A DNA stretch of 64,000 nt from Camelus ferus. Its lineage: Eukaryota. Under the pieces are notes generated by a model. That model saw nothing but the letters and a program-made list of their open reading frames with translations, had not been told where the DNA came from and did not search any database. The first letter of the stretch is position 1. Each line of letters starts with the position of its first letter. Location of the stretch: assembly GCF_009834535.1 (NCBI RefSeq), contig NC_045697.1, positions 12,340,001 through 12,404,000 on the forward strand. The letters run 5' to 3'. A program made the translations under genes and the position numbers. This document shows positions 23,546 through 34,080 of the stretch, piece after piece.

Positions 23546-26500
23546 TAGACAGCATATGTAAAGCATCTAGCACACAGGACTGGCGGTCATAGATGCCAGC
23601 TGTTGAATACATACCTATTGAGCTGAGTCAAAACTTTCAGACCTACATTGGTATATTGCGGTTGGATGATTAAATGATGCTAAAAGTTGGGAGAGTAGTT
23701 TAATACAAGGCATTATGAGGTTTATTCACCGGAAAAACACACTCCTTTTTTTTTTTTTTTTTGAGATTTAAAAATGAGAATAACACATTTAAGAAATCCT
23801 TTGACAGACTGAGACCCAGTCTTTTAGAGAAATTGCATGGTGGAGTGGAAAGAATGATTTTTCCTGGAGTCACATAGCCTGGGGCTGGAAGTATGCTTTG
23901 TTCCTTTCCAACTGTGTGTACCAAGGAAGTCCCAGTTCTTTTATTCACATGTAGTGGGTAATTTCATGGTCAAATGTGCTAATATGAAATTTTCTGTTTC
24001 TCTGGTAACTGAGCTAAACATATCTTTTAACCCCATTTCTTTTCCTATTCTTTTCAGGGATGCCTTAGTTCTGGAGGGCTCAGGTGTTGGTGGAGGCAGC
24101 CTTTATTTCTTATCCTGTGTTTCTGTCATTTCTATGTTGGTATCTGAAGCTCCTGTATTTGTACATTTGTTCTTAGTCAGTCTCTTTAGGACTCAGCTAT
24201 CTGTTGCTGCTAAATTATCTACAGTACCCTATATTTCTGGTCTCTAGGTCCTTGTAGACCATTTTGCATCCTTCTTGTCCACTGGACAAACTTCCTAGGT
24301 CAATTTGCCAGTTCTCAGCACTTCTGGATCCTTCTTGGGGTCATGGGAAACCTAGAAACTCTCAAGTTTCTCAATGATGCGTGCTATCCACCTTGTATGC
24401 AATTATTCAATAAATACCAAGTGTCTCCTATGTAACCAGCATGGTACTGGGCACTGGCCCCAATATTCTTAACTCTAAAATAGTGTTTAGCTTATAATAG
24501 ATGCTTAATAAAACTTTATTCAACAAATGGATATTTCTTAAAATTAAAAACTTCCTAAGAAGAAATGGAAGTATTTGGATAGATAAGTACTTCCCAAAAT
24601 AACAACCAGTCATTCGTGAAAATAAGCAGAAATGTATCAGAATACTTTATTTAATACAGTCTAATCTCTCCACAAGTGGAGTGAAAATGTGATATCATTT
24701 CTTTGATACCATAACAGGGCACTGCAGATGCACCTTCAGAATATATTTGATGTTCTAAAGATGTCAGACTGTGGGCAGAATGTTCCACAGTGCTCAACTG
24801 TGGTATCATTGACTCACTTAATTGAATTCTTGATTTACTTAAACCTAGACTTGTTTTTTAAAGTGTCACTAATTCTATTACCTGATTACTCAAGACCGTG
24901 ATAGTTTCTTACTACAGCTCATTTCCTGTCCCCCTCCCCTACCTGGGTTGATCAGTTTCTGTGTGTGCATTTTGTGGTTCAGCAGCATCACTGATGGACA
25001 GCATGCTGCGGGACCTCAGACACATTTATAAATATGGAACATGTCTAGTTGTGTTGCTCTGACATCTCTGTCCTACAGTGTTTTGGGTTCTTGAAGGCTT
25101 TTAAGTGAGGGCAGAATTGGAGCTACTTAAGTTTTCTTTGCCTAAACATGGCCTTTCAACTCTACTTTGAGTTGGTAGTAGATCTTTGACGTTGGAGTAT
25201 GTGATGGTTTAGGAAGAGGGCTTCATTTGGAAGGGACTTACAGATCACCTCTGCTCAGCAAGCACCCAGACCTAGGTGGGGTTTTATCCACTTTCCCTGG
25301 GCTTTGGCTAGAGGTTGGCAGAAGGATCCCTTAGGTATACACTACCTACAACTAGGTCTTATTCCTTCTAATTTTCTTCTAATAGCTTTTTGTATTCTGA
25401 TGTCTTTTATTGAGGGGAAAAAGGCTCACACAATATAATTTATTCTCTTTTTTTCTGTAGTTGATGTTATGAACTTTCTTCTTTAAGTCTTCTAAGCCAT
25501 TAGCTTTCTAAAAGTCAAACCCCATTTTCTTTATGTAAAGTCTAGCTTAGACAACTTTAGCTTTCAAAACTATTTTCTAAGTTCTGAATTAAAAAAAAAA
25601 AGAAAAAAACAAAACCAACAATACGTTAAGACTCATTGGCCTCCCTGGCTCTTATCTGTATTTTTCCTCACTGAAAAATGATGAAATTCCATATTCAAAA
25701 GCTGGTGGATCATAGGACAATGGGAATACTGAAGGAAAGAGAAACCTCAGAATTTTATCCCTTCACATGTAAAAGGGGGAGAGAGTCAGGAGAGAGCCAG
25801 ACATGGAAAAGGGATGACTTTCTCCAAAAAGAACACTGGTACCTTTTGGGCTCCCAGAGATGTGCCGCACAATATGGAGAGCACAAGGATAAAGGCAGCA
25901 GACAGAGCCACAGGTAGACTACCAACTCTATATGTATTTCCCTTCGTTTGTAGAGGACTACTTAAGCCTCTCTCCATAGCCCTTGAGGGTACTTGTTGGT
26001 GCTTTTCTGCCATTAGGTGTATGGAGGGGATGCCTTCCAGAGGCACTGGGTTTAGGGAGTTGTTCTAAACTGCTTGGTTGTGTATTAAGATTTAATTCTC
26101 CCCTTCCTCTCAAATGAAATCTGCAGTCTTTATCAAATGGCTAAAGCCCAAGCTGTCTAAGAGTGGGAGCTGGCTGTGCTACAGAATTCATATTTCCATC
26201 CTCCCAAGTCCCATCTGTGCCCCGGATGTCACCTGGAGAGACGGTTTTTGGAAGAGCTAATCAGGGACAGGCCAAGGACAAAAAGTGGATGAGTCAGTCT
26301 GGAGTCATCAATAGGGGGCAAGGCTTCTTCCTTGCCTTCTTACATTGTTCCCTATAACAGGGTTGTTTATTTTAATGTTCCTTTCCTGCGCTTTTGAAGG
26401 CTACTTAATGAAATTGCAAAAGCTTCCTGAGACCTTTAGAAATTCTGTGTGGTTATATATCTCAACCCTTTTGAGGTATAACCCTGAGACATTTACTGCT

Positions 26501-26605
26501 CTCCCCAGGATTATATTTATAATTTTAAGGTTCTTTCTAAAGAACCAAAGCTGAGAAGAAACAGAAAAAAAATAACTTATCATGGAGTTCCCCTCCCCCT
26601 ACTCA

Positions 26606-26649
26606 ACACACGTGCGTGCGTGCGTGCGCGCGCGCACACACGTACATGC
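26606..26649. repeat. 44-bp perfect alternating purine-pyrimidine tract (CA/CGTG/CG), Z-DNA-prone
   Basis: acacacgtgcgtgcgtgcgtgcgcgcgcgcacacacgtacatgc. Confidence 0.9.
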
Positions 26650-26790
26650 TGAAAATGGGAAAAGTGTTCGAAATAGAGGCAGACTAATTATCCAGGTTGG
26701 AATAGGGCCAGGATATTGGTCATTGGATTCTCTCTCTTCCCTCCCCGGTTTCTTTTCCTCTCCCTTCTGTCATCTTTCCCCAACCATCAG

Positions 26791-26993
26791 GTGGGTGGGT
26801 GGGCTGCTGGCTAGCTGCTGGTTGGCAAACAGAAATAGTTTAGGAGCAAGTGTTCTTGGGGTATGTTCACTGAAGAATGAATCAGAGCAACAGAGTGATT
26901 TTTTTCCTCCACGTTCAGCCAATTTACATACAAGGAGAGCAGGTGGGGAGATGTAATTCCTAACGGATTGCAGACACAGAGATTTAAATCTGG
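26791..26993 (+). other. Candidate non-coding exon / recursive-splicing exon
   Basis: About 60-nt pyrimidine tract ending CAG|GTGGGT; downstream donor TGG|GTAAGT; 203 nt, not frame-preserving. Confidence 0.3.
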
Positions 26994-28299
26994 GTAAGTG
27001 ATAGTAAGATTTTCCAAAGTAAAAAGATGGCATGTACAAATTAAGTAATCTTGAAGAAATATGAGTGGGATGGGAAGTGTTTTACTCAAAGAGCAATAAA
27101 TAAGGGATATCCATATCCATCACTGCAGACAATAAATCACCCTGTCCTGAGGGGTGCAAAAATGAACGTGGATGTCTTGAAAGGGAATGGATTCTGTTGT
27201 GAATTGGACAAGTGGGTAATTAAAACCCATGAAGTTGAAGCTACCAGAAGTCGAGCAACTTAAAGGGGCCAGGTGTGTTTAATGAACTAGCCTTTTCCTG
27301 CGTGGTGATGTGTCTGTCCTTAAGTTAGCAATATTCTGTTGTTAGTAAAGGAAGCTGTGCTCACAGATTAATTCAGTCACCAAAGATACACCCAGTGAGT
27401 GCTACAATTTGTAATCTGGATTTGAAAGCTGCAGTCTGTTGATGTTCAGACAGTTTAAGAGGATTTGTTCAATAAGCAGAGATTTGTCTTGCAACAAGAC
27501 TGTCGGGGCCACCTACAGAAGGGAGCAAGCTAAGCTCTGCAGACTTGCCTTTGAAACATTCTAGCAACTGGCTGCACCGGACCTACTGTTCCATGTACGT
27601 TGCTGGCCTCTTTTTGGCTACATGATCCCTTTGCTCTAACCAGGCTGGTCTCCTTAGCACAAAAAGCACCTGTCTACCTGATTCTGGACAGTGTATCTTG
27701 GCTGATGTTCTTTCTTTCATCTAAAAAGCCTCTTTCTTCTCCTTGGTAAATCTGGGTATATATATTTTTGGCGGGGAGGCTCTCCCTTTGGCTGTACATC
27801 CTATAGAACACCTTCATTCTGTGATGACAGAACCTCCTGGTTGGGAGGGAGAAATCTCAAAGAATATATCCTGGAATCAGTATTCTTTGCACAGTGTGGT
27901 GGGAAGGACACAGCCTTTGGAGCATGAGTTCCACTTGGTAACAGTTGCTATAGCACTTTAGGCCCTGCATTAAGTAATCATATTTCACTTATTTCTCATA
28001 GCAATCCAACAGGAGAAAAGTGAAGCACAGAAAGATTAAATAACTTGCCAGGGCTACCCACTGTGTAAGTAGTTGATTTGGAATTATAACCAGTATCTCT
28101 CTGACCTCCATGCTCAGTGCACGCAGCTACTATCTCCCTGGCTTGGGCAAGTTATTTGCTTTTCCAGTGTCTTCCAGGCCACATCTATCAATGGTGGATA
28201 AGGCTCAGAGAGTATGTACATTCAATACCTAGTAAAATGCCTGACAATATTAAATGGTAATTAGGTTGTTATTAATAATCAGTGTGATTGTCTTACTCC

Positions 28300-28462
28300 T
28301 TGCTTTTTAAAGTTTGGTCTGTGGACCAGAGCATCAACTCTACCTGGGAGCTTGTTAGAAATTCAGAATCTCGGACTGACCAAAGACATCCTGAATCAGA
28401 ATCTGCATTTTAACAAGGTCCCCAGGTGATGTGTATGCATTTTAAAGTTTGCAAAACACAGG
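28300..28462. mobile_element. MER5A MITE
   Basis: acctgggagcttgttagaaattcagaatctc...ctgaatcagaatctgcattttaacaaggtccccaggtgat. Confidence 0.9.
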
Positions 28463-29009
28463 ACTACCACATGCTTTCATATCCCCTGAGAATTCAACTT
28501 GTTACCTTTTTTCTTTTTCTTTACTCTTTATTTAGAAATATATTCACACTTCCCAAAATATGACAAGAATAGTACAAAAAACTCTGGTCCCTTTTAGTGG
28601 AGAATGGTATTTAGATATTAAGATCCATGTGCCAGATGTACTCAAAACCACAGGATTCCTTTCAGCTTTCCCCCTTTTCATTTTTGTAACTCTCTTTTCT
28701 GATGGTGAAAAACCGTGGATATGCATTAGCCGCAGTATGTTTATGTACTTGCTCATTCCCTTTGTATGGAATCAGAACTAATTTCCTGATCTGCCCATCT
28801 TCCCATTTAACCATCTTCTTTGTGTGGGTTCTGACCCTCACCAGCTTGCCTTTAGTCCTGGTGACCTGTTTGTTGTTTCCTGAGGCAGCTCCTTCTAGCC
28901 AGGGCAGCTCTTACCAAGAGAAGTTTCTTTCTTATATTGAACTAAAGTCAGTGTTCTTGTAGCTTCCTCTCCTCTCTCTTCCACTTCAGCGTATGAAGTA
29001 TAAGTGTGC

Positions 29010-29225
29010 TCAGATGTAGTGTGATGTGGTTGGAAAGAGCGTGACCTGGAGCATGAAGCTTTGTTCTGCACTTGCTTCCTGTGAGAACTGTTCAAGTTAT
29101 GTGATCGCCCCTTGCCTCAGTTTTTTTCATTTGCAAAAATAGGGACAGCATATTTACCTTGCAGGTAATTGAGGACCAAATAAGACAAGAATATAAATGG
29201 CTTAGCAAAGTGCCTGGTCCATATT
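29010..29225 (+). mobile_element. MIR SINE
   Basis: gcctcagtttttttcatttgcaaaaatagggac; cttagcaaagtgcctgg. Confidence 0.75.
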
Positions 29226-29311
29226 AAAGGCAACATAAAATGAGCTCCTTCCTCCATTCACTTCTTCCCACCCTCCCTTCCTTTCTTCCTTCCTCCTTCC
29301 CTCCCTCTCTC

Positions 29312-29930
29312 TGAGACAGGAGGGAAGGGGGCAGGGCACAGCCATTAAAGGAATGACACAGCAATTGAAGATTCCACTCCCAGTAGACCTTGAGCCTCAT
29401 TAGACACTCACTGTAATATATTAGCATGCCAAATGGCACTCCCACAGGCACCATGACAGTTCCGAGGCTGACCATAAAAGGTCAAAAAGTGGGCAGTGTC
29501 CCAGTTCCTGGGAATCCCCACCTCTTCCCCAAAGCAGTTGGAATAACCCTCCCACTTGTTAGCATATGAAGTTACCAAGCCCATAAAAACCAGCAACCCC
29601 ACACGTCATGGTCGGTCTCTCTTGCCTTCTGAGACAGCCCAGTCTTTGTCTATGGAGTATGTATCTACTTTTACTTTATAAACTAAACACTCTCCACCCC
29701 CCACCCCACTCCCCCACACTTTGTGACTTCTCCAGCCTTCTGAGATGGCCTACACTTGGTTGTCTATGGAGTGTGCATCTCTGAATAAATCTACTTTTAC
29801 TCAACTTTGGCTCAGCTCTTGAATTCTTTCAAGCACAAAGGAAAGGCCCCTCACTTGGTGGGGCGTGTCCCAGAGACTCGCCTGAGACCTGGGACACAGC
29901 CACCCTCTTTTGCCTCATTTTCCTGTATCA
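29312..29930 (+). mobile_element. ERV1 solo LTR, MER41-like, inserted in a CT-rich simple repeat
   Basis: TG...CA termini; attagcatgccaaatggcactcccacaggcaccatgacagtt, gtctatggagt and tgaattctttc match my recollection of MER41; AATAAA 29784-29789; no exact TSD seen. Confidence 0.8.
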
Positions 29931-29959
29931 CCTTCCTTCCTTCTTTCCTTTCTTCCTTC

Positions 29960-30575
29960 TTTCCTTTAATAAGATATTTGCTAAGTCCCTAATCCGTGTT
30001 GCATAGCAGTAAACAAAATAGACCTGATTTCTTCTCTTACAGAACTTACAGGTTAGAGGTGAATAGGTGTATTTTTAAAATTACCTAAATATGCAATTAG
30101 AAATTGTAACAAGTATGTAATATGCTCTAGGTGCTGGGAGACAGGAGTAAGCTAGATAGAGAAGGGCCCTTCTCTTATGGAGGTTATATTCCAGGGGATG
30201 AAAGAAAAGGTAGATAAGAGACAGGTAAGTAAATGCATGAGGTAATACCAGATAATGACGAGTGCAGTGAAGAAGCACACGCAGAATGCTGTAACTATGA
30301 TGGGACCGGGGAGCCTCTTGGGACTGGGTAGCTGTGGGAGGCCTCTCTGTGGAGGTGGCCTTTGAATTAAGCCCCAGGCTGCAAGGAGTCAACCACATGA
30401 AGATAAGAGGAAGAATGTCCTAGGAAAATGGAATGGCTGGACAGAATTATTTCATGTGTTTGAGGAGCAGAAGGGAGGCCTATGTGACTGGAGCTCAGTG
30501 AGTAGTGGGGTAAGTGGTCTGAGATGGGGCTAGAAGGTGAGGCCCAGGGGGCCACATATGCCTTGGAGGCCACAG
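29960..30575 (-). mobile_element. Two L2 fragments
   Basis: ggaggcctctctgtggaggtggcctttgaattaag; tgtttgaggagcagaagggaggcctatgtgactggagc. Confidence 0.8.
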
Positions 30576-31519
30576 TGAGCTGTTCTGTGTCATGTCACTA
30601 TACACAGGAAGTTTACCCTTTTGAGAGCCCTCCAAGCTGACTTCATAAGGTTTGTTGTGAATATAAATCAAGGTGAAATATGAAGAACATTGTAAAGCCC
30701 AACGTGATTGTTGTTGTCATGTCTACTAGGTGATCAATAAAACTTTCAGTGAATGGAGTGACAAAAGAATAAGAAAACAAAGTTGCAAACAGTGGCCAGC
30801 TATGCAGGCTGTCTTTGTCATTCCTGAAAGGAAAGATCAAGAGGCACTTAGGAAAGAACTGCAGATTTGGGCTCAGAAGAGAAAAAGCTTTTTTAGTGGA
30901 GACAAGATGAATTTTTAGAATGCATTTTCAGGGAGGCAGGTAGATAGCATTTAAATGGCTTGACAAAAACACTTTCTTTAAAATGCACAAGTAAGAAGGT
31001 TAACAATTTGAATCTATCTTGACATTTCCAAGTGTCTGCCCCAGGGCTATTTTCTTCCTTGCTCAGGATCAGCATTTTCACATACACTTGAGATTGCTAT
31101 TTCCTGGGCTGGACCACCCACCATGGAGTGGAGGCTGAGCACGAATGTAAGTGGGAGCAATTATTGGGCAGTATCCATACCCACTGTGAGTTTTTCTCTT
31201 TTACCGTTCAGCTCCGCATCCCATGTTATTACAACCTGGTCATCATGTGGATCATGGATCATCTCATATTATCGTGGCCTGATGGTCACATGGACCATTG
31301 TGGCCTCAGACTGGAGCCCATCCTTACACATGCCAGAAAAGCAGGAGCTAAATTGAGTAGCTCCTGTGTTCAATAGACAGCCACATTTTTCTCCAAGGGG
31401 CTTGGAAACCAGAATACCCAGTGATCTTGATGAGTTGGGTGGTTTTAGGGGAGGCCAGGAAGAAGGCAGGTGATGTCTTTCATGATTTTGTCCTCCCCCT
31501 ATTTTTTTTTTTTAAGTAG

Positions 31520-32011
31520 TGCAGTGCTGATTATTTCCCATTTATTCCTTCTGATCCTCTCTCCATTCATTCTCCACTCCCTGCTGTCTACCCTGGGAGG
31601 CTGACTTACACGAGCTACATTAGCAGGGCTGATTGTAACTTCCAGTTAGGCTGACTAATTGGCCTCTGGCAGGATGAGAGGGAAAGCGGGAAGTGAGTTT
31701 GGGATAGTTTTACCTTTTCTGTAAGATCTCTTTAGACTGAGTGTGCTCTGGACTGAAGGTCACTGCCTCTTATGAGGGGTTTAACCTGGGGGATAACCTT
31801 CATGACCTTCTCCTTCTGAAGACTCTGGTGGTCACACCCCCACCCCGTCGCTTTGGCCTAGGTGTGCCAGAAGCTCAGCTGCCATTACTGCACTATCCCT
31901 TATGGTTTCCATACACCCACACTTTGTAAATGGTTGTCTTGTTAAATAAACATTTCCAGCTCATCCAATAATGAGTGTCCTATCTGTGTGGGACCCTGAC
32001 TAGTTAATACA
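31520..32011 (+). mobile_element. LTR33-like ERVL solo LTR
   Basis: ccctgggaggctgac; cacactttgtaaatggt...gggaccctgactagttaataca 3' terminus. Confidence 0.75.
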
Positions 32012-32064
32012 GGTGCTGTAGGTGTTGGCTGACAGAACCTGTAAGCACAGCCTGTGCTTGGAGG

Positions 32065-32260
32065 CAACACAGTATCATGGAAAGAGCTTTGAGTTCAACT
32101 GGACAGTGTTTGAATTCAGTTTCATTTCTTTCAAGTTTGTAGCTATGGGCCAATTTTATAATGTCTCTGGTCCTTAATTATAAAAATAGGATAATAATAT
32201 CTCTTTATAGAGTTGATGCATGTATGAAATGCCTGCACATAGTGGAACATAAACAAATGC
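32065..32260 (+). mobile_element. MIR SINE
   Basis: acagtatcatggaaagagctttgag; tataaaaataggataataata; tgcctgcacatagt. Confidence 0.65.
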
Positions 32261-33559
32261 CAGTTTTCTCCTATTCTCACAAATATTCTTTCATATAGGA
32301 GTAAACACCAAATGGGATTAGGAGAGGGACAGGCAAGCAGGTGAAAAGTTGAGTTAGACAAAGCGCTGAAACTCTCTTTATCCAGTTCCAGCGTTTGCTT
32401 CTGTCTTCCCCGCAGCCACTCTGCAGAAAGGGGAGCTGAGGGGGATGTGTTTCTCCTCAGGCCAGTGACACTGGTTCTCACTGGAGAAGTCCTTCTCAAA
32501 CAGCTGAGCAAGGCAGGGTACAGCCAGCCCAGTGGATGTCACCCAGGTAGGGAGAGCCCCCTGAGGTTCCTGGTGCTCAGCAAAGGGTGGCAGTGATGAG
32601 AGGGTGACTGGCTCAGCAAATGGTGGTCATGGCTGGAAGGTGTCTGGGTCCAAAAATGTCTCCTAGATTTGGAATTGAACTTTCCACCAGCCTCCCCTCA
32701 GATGCCACTCGCACTGTTTTTTTTAGCCAAGTGCTCCCTTACACTGCTCCTGTTTTTTGCCCCGCAGATGTACTCTCCTTGGTAATCAGGAGCCTGCTTT
32801 TTAAGAGCAGAGCCAAGGGAAACTTGGAGTAGGGAGGGGCTGTGATAGGTCCCTTCCGCATTGATTTCTATCTGCAAAACCCATTCCAAAGCAACATATA
32901 ATTTGAGAAAGGAACTGAAGTCTTATGTAAACTCAAGGCACATTTTCTGGTACCACATAAGTGTGCTTCTCCTAAGTGCTTCCCACAGGGGAATTCTGGA
33001 GCCCCCCCAGCTGCTGCTTTCCCCTACCCTAAGGCACCTCATCTGACACCAGTGCCTGCCTGGGGCATCCACTGGGCTCCTGAATTTAAGTGCAGTTGTG
33101 ATCTGAAGTAGTTTAGTCCTGAGTGTCTGATACAGAGCAGATACTTCATTTCTCTCTTTCCTGCGAACTTCCAGAAAGCTACACCCAGCCTGATTCCTGC
33201 TGGAGGCATTAGGGGTCATCTACCCATCTTCTCCTTCCCTCTTTACTGGCTAAGATGACTCCTAACTCTGATTTGCAGACCCTCAAAAATAGCTGTTTTA
33301 AATTTTCCACCTTGCCAAGAAACACATATTTTTGTCCTGCATAATGATTAGTATTCACATGCATCCTATGCTCCTGCGGGCACACACTGATTGACCATTT
33401 ACATTTAATACAGGTATGTCAGGCACCTCCTGTGTGTCAGGTTCTGTTCCGGGCCCTGGGGGAAAACAGCAGTCAATGAAGCCAGGTGTGGGCCTTGCCC
33501 TTCAGGGGCTTCTATTCTCAGATACTCTCCCTCCCCCATCCTCAGGTAGCAACAAAGCG

Positions 33560-33587
33560 AAACCAAACCAAACCAAACCAAACCAAA
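33560..33587. repeat. (AAACC)n microsatellite
   Basis: Five aaacc units. Confidence 0.9.
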
Positions 33588-33659
33588 AGCACGGAGAAGT
33601 ATCAGTCTTCTTTGATGACAGGGGAAAGGAACCTAATAATTACAAGTGATGGCTGAAGT

Positions 33660-34080
33660 GTAAAGATAAGTGCTCAGATCCTAGAGCCAGACCGCCTGGG
33701 TTCATATCTAATTGTACGCACTTACTAGCAGTGTGACTTTGGGCAAATTACTTAAAGCCTCTGTACTTCTGCTTCTGTATCTGCAAAATGGAGGAATACA
33801 GTGCCTGTAGGGAATTGTGAAAATTTATGGTGCCAGCCATGTAAGAAGCCCTCCACAGAGCTTGTGTTTTAAGCCCAAGAGCAAAGATTCCATGGCTAAT
33901 GGCTAATGCTACCTTCCAAGCAGAGTTGTCAACACCTTGTGTGTATTGAAGCCCTCACAAGAACCTTATAGATAGGTACTAGCATTACCAGGCTTATTTT
34001 AATGAACAGATGGAGACACAGAAATGTGAGGTAACTTGCCATAAAATCACATAGTCTTAGTATTTTTGATTGTGACCTTC
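33660..34080. mobile_element. Two MIR fragments, tail to tail
   Basis: gagccagaccgcctgggttca...tgtgactttgggcaaattactta (plus); ggagacacagaaatgtgaggtaacttgcc (minus). Confidence 0.75.

Noticed and set aside
31270..31385. H/ACA snoRNA (hairpin, AGAAAA, hairpin, ACA)
   Set aside because: The second hairpin is only 25 nt, has no pseudouridylation pocket, and the spacing does not fit.
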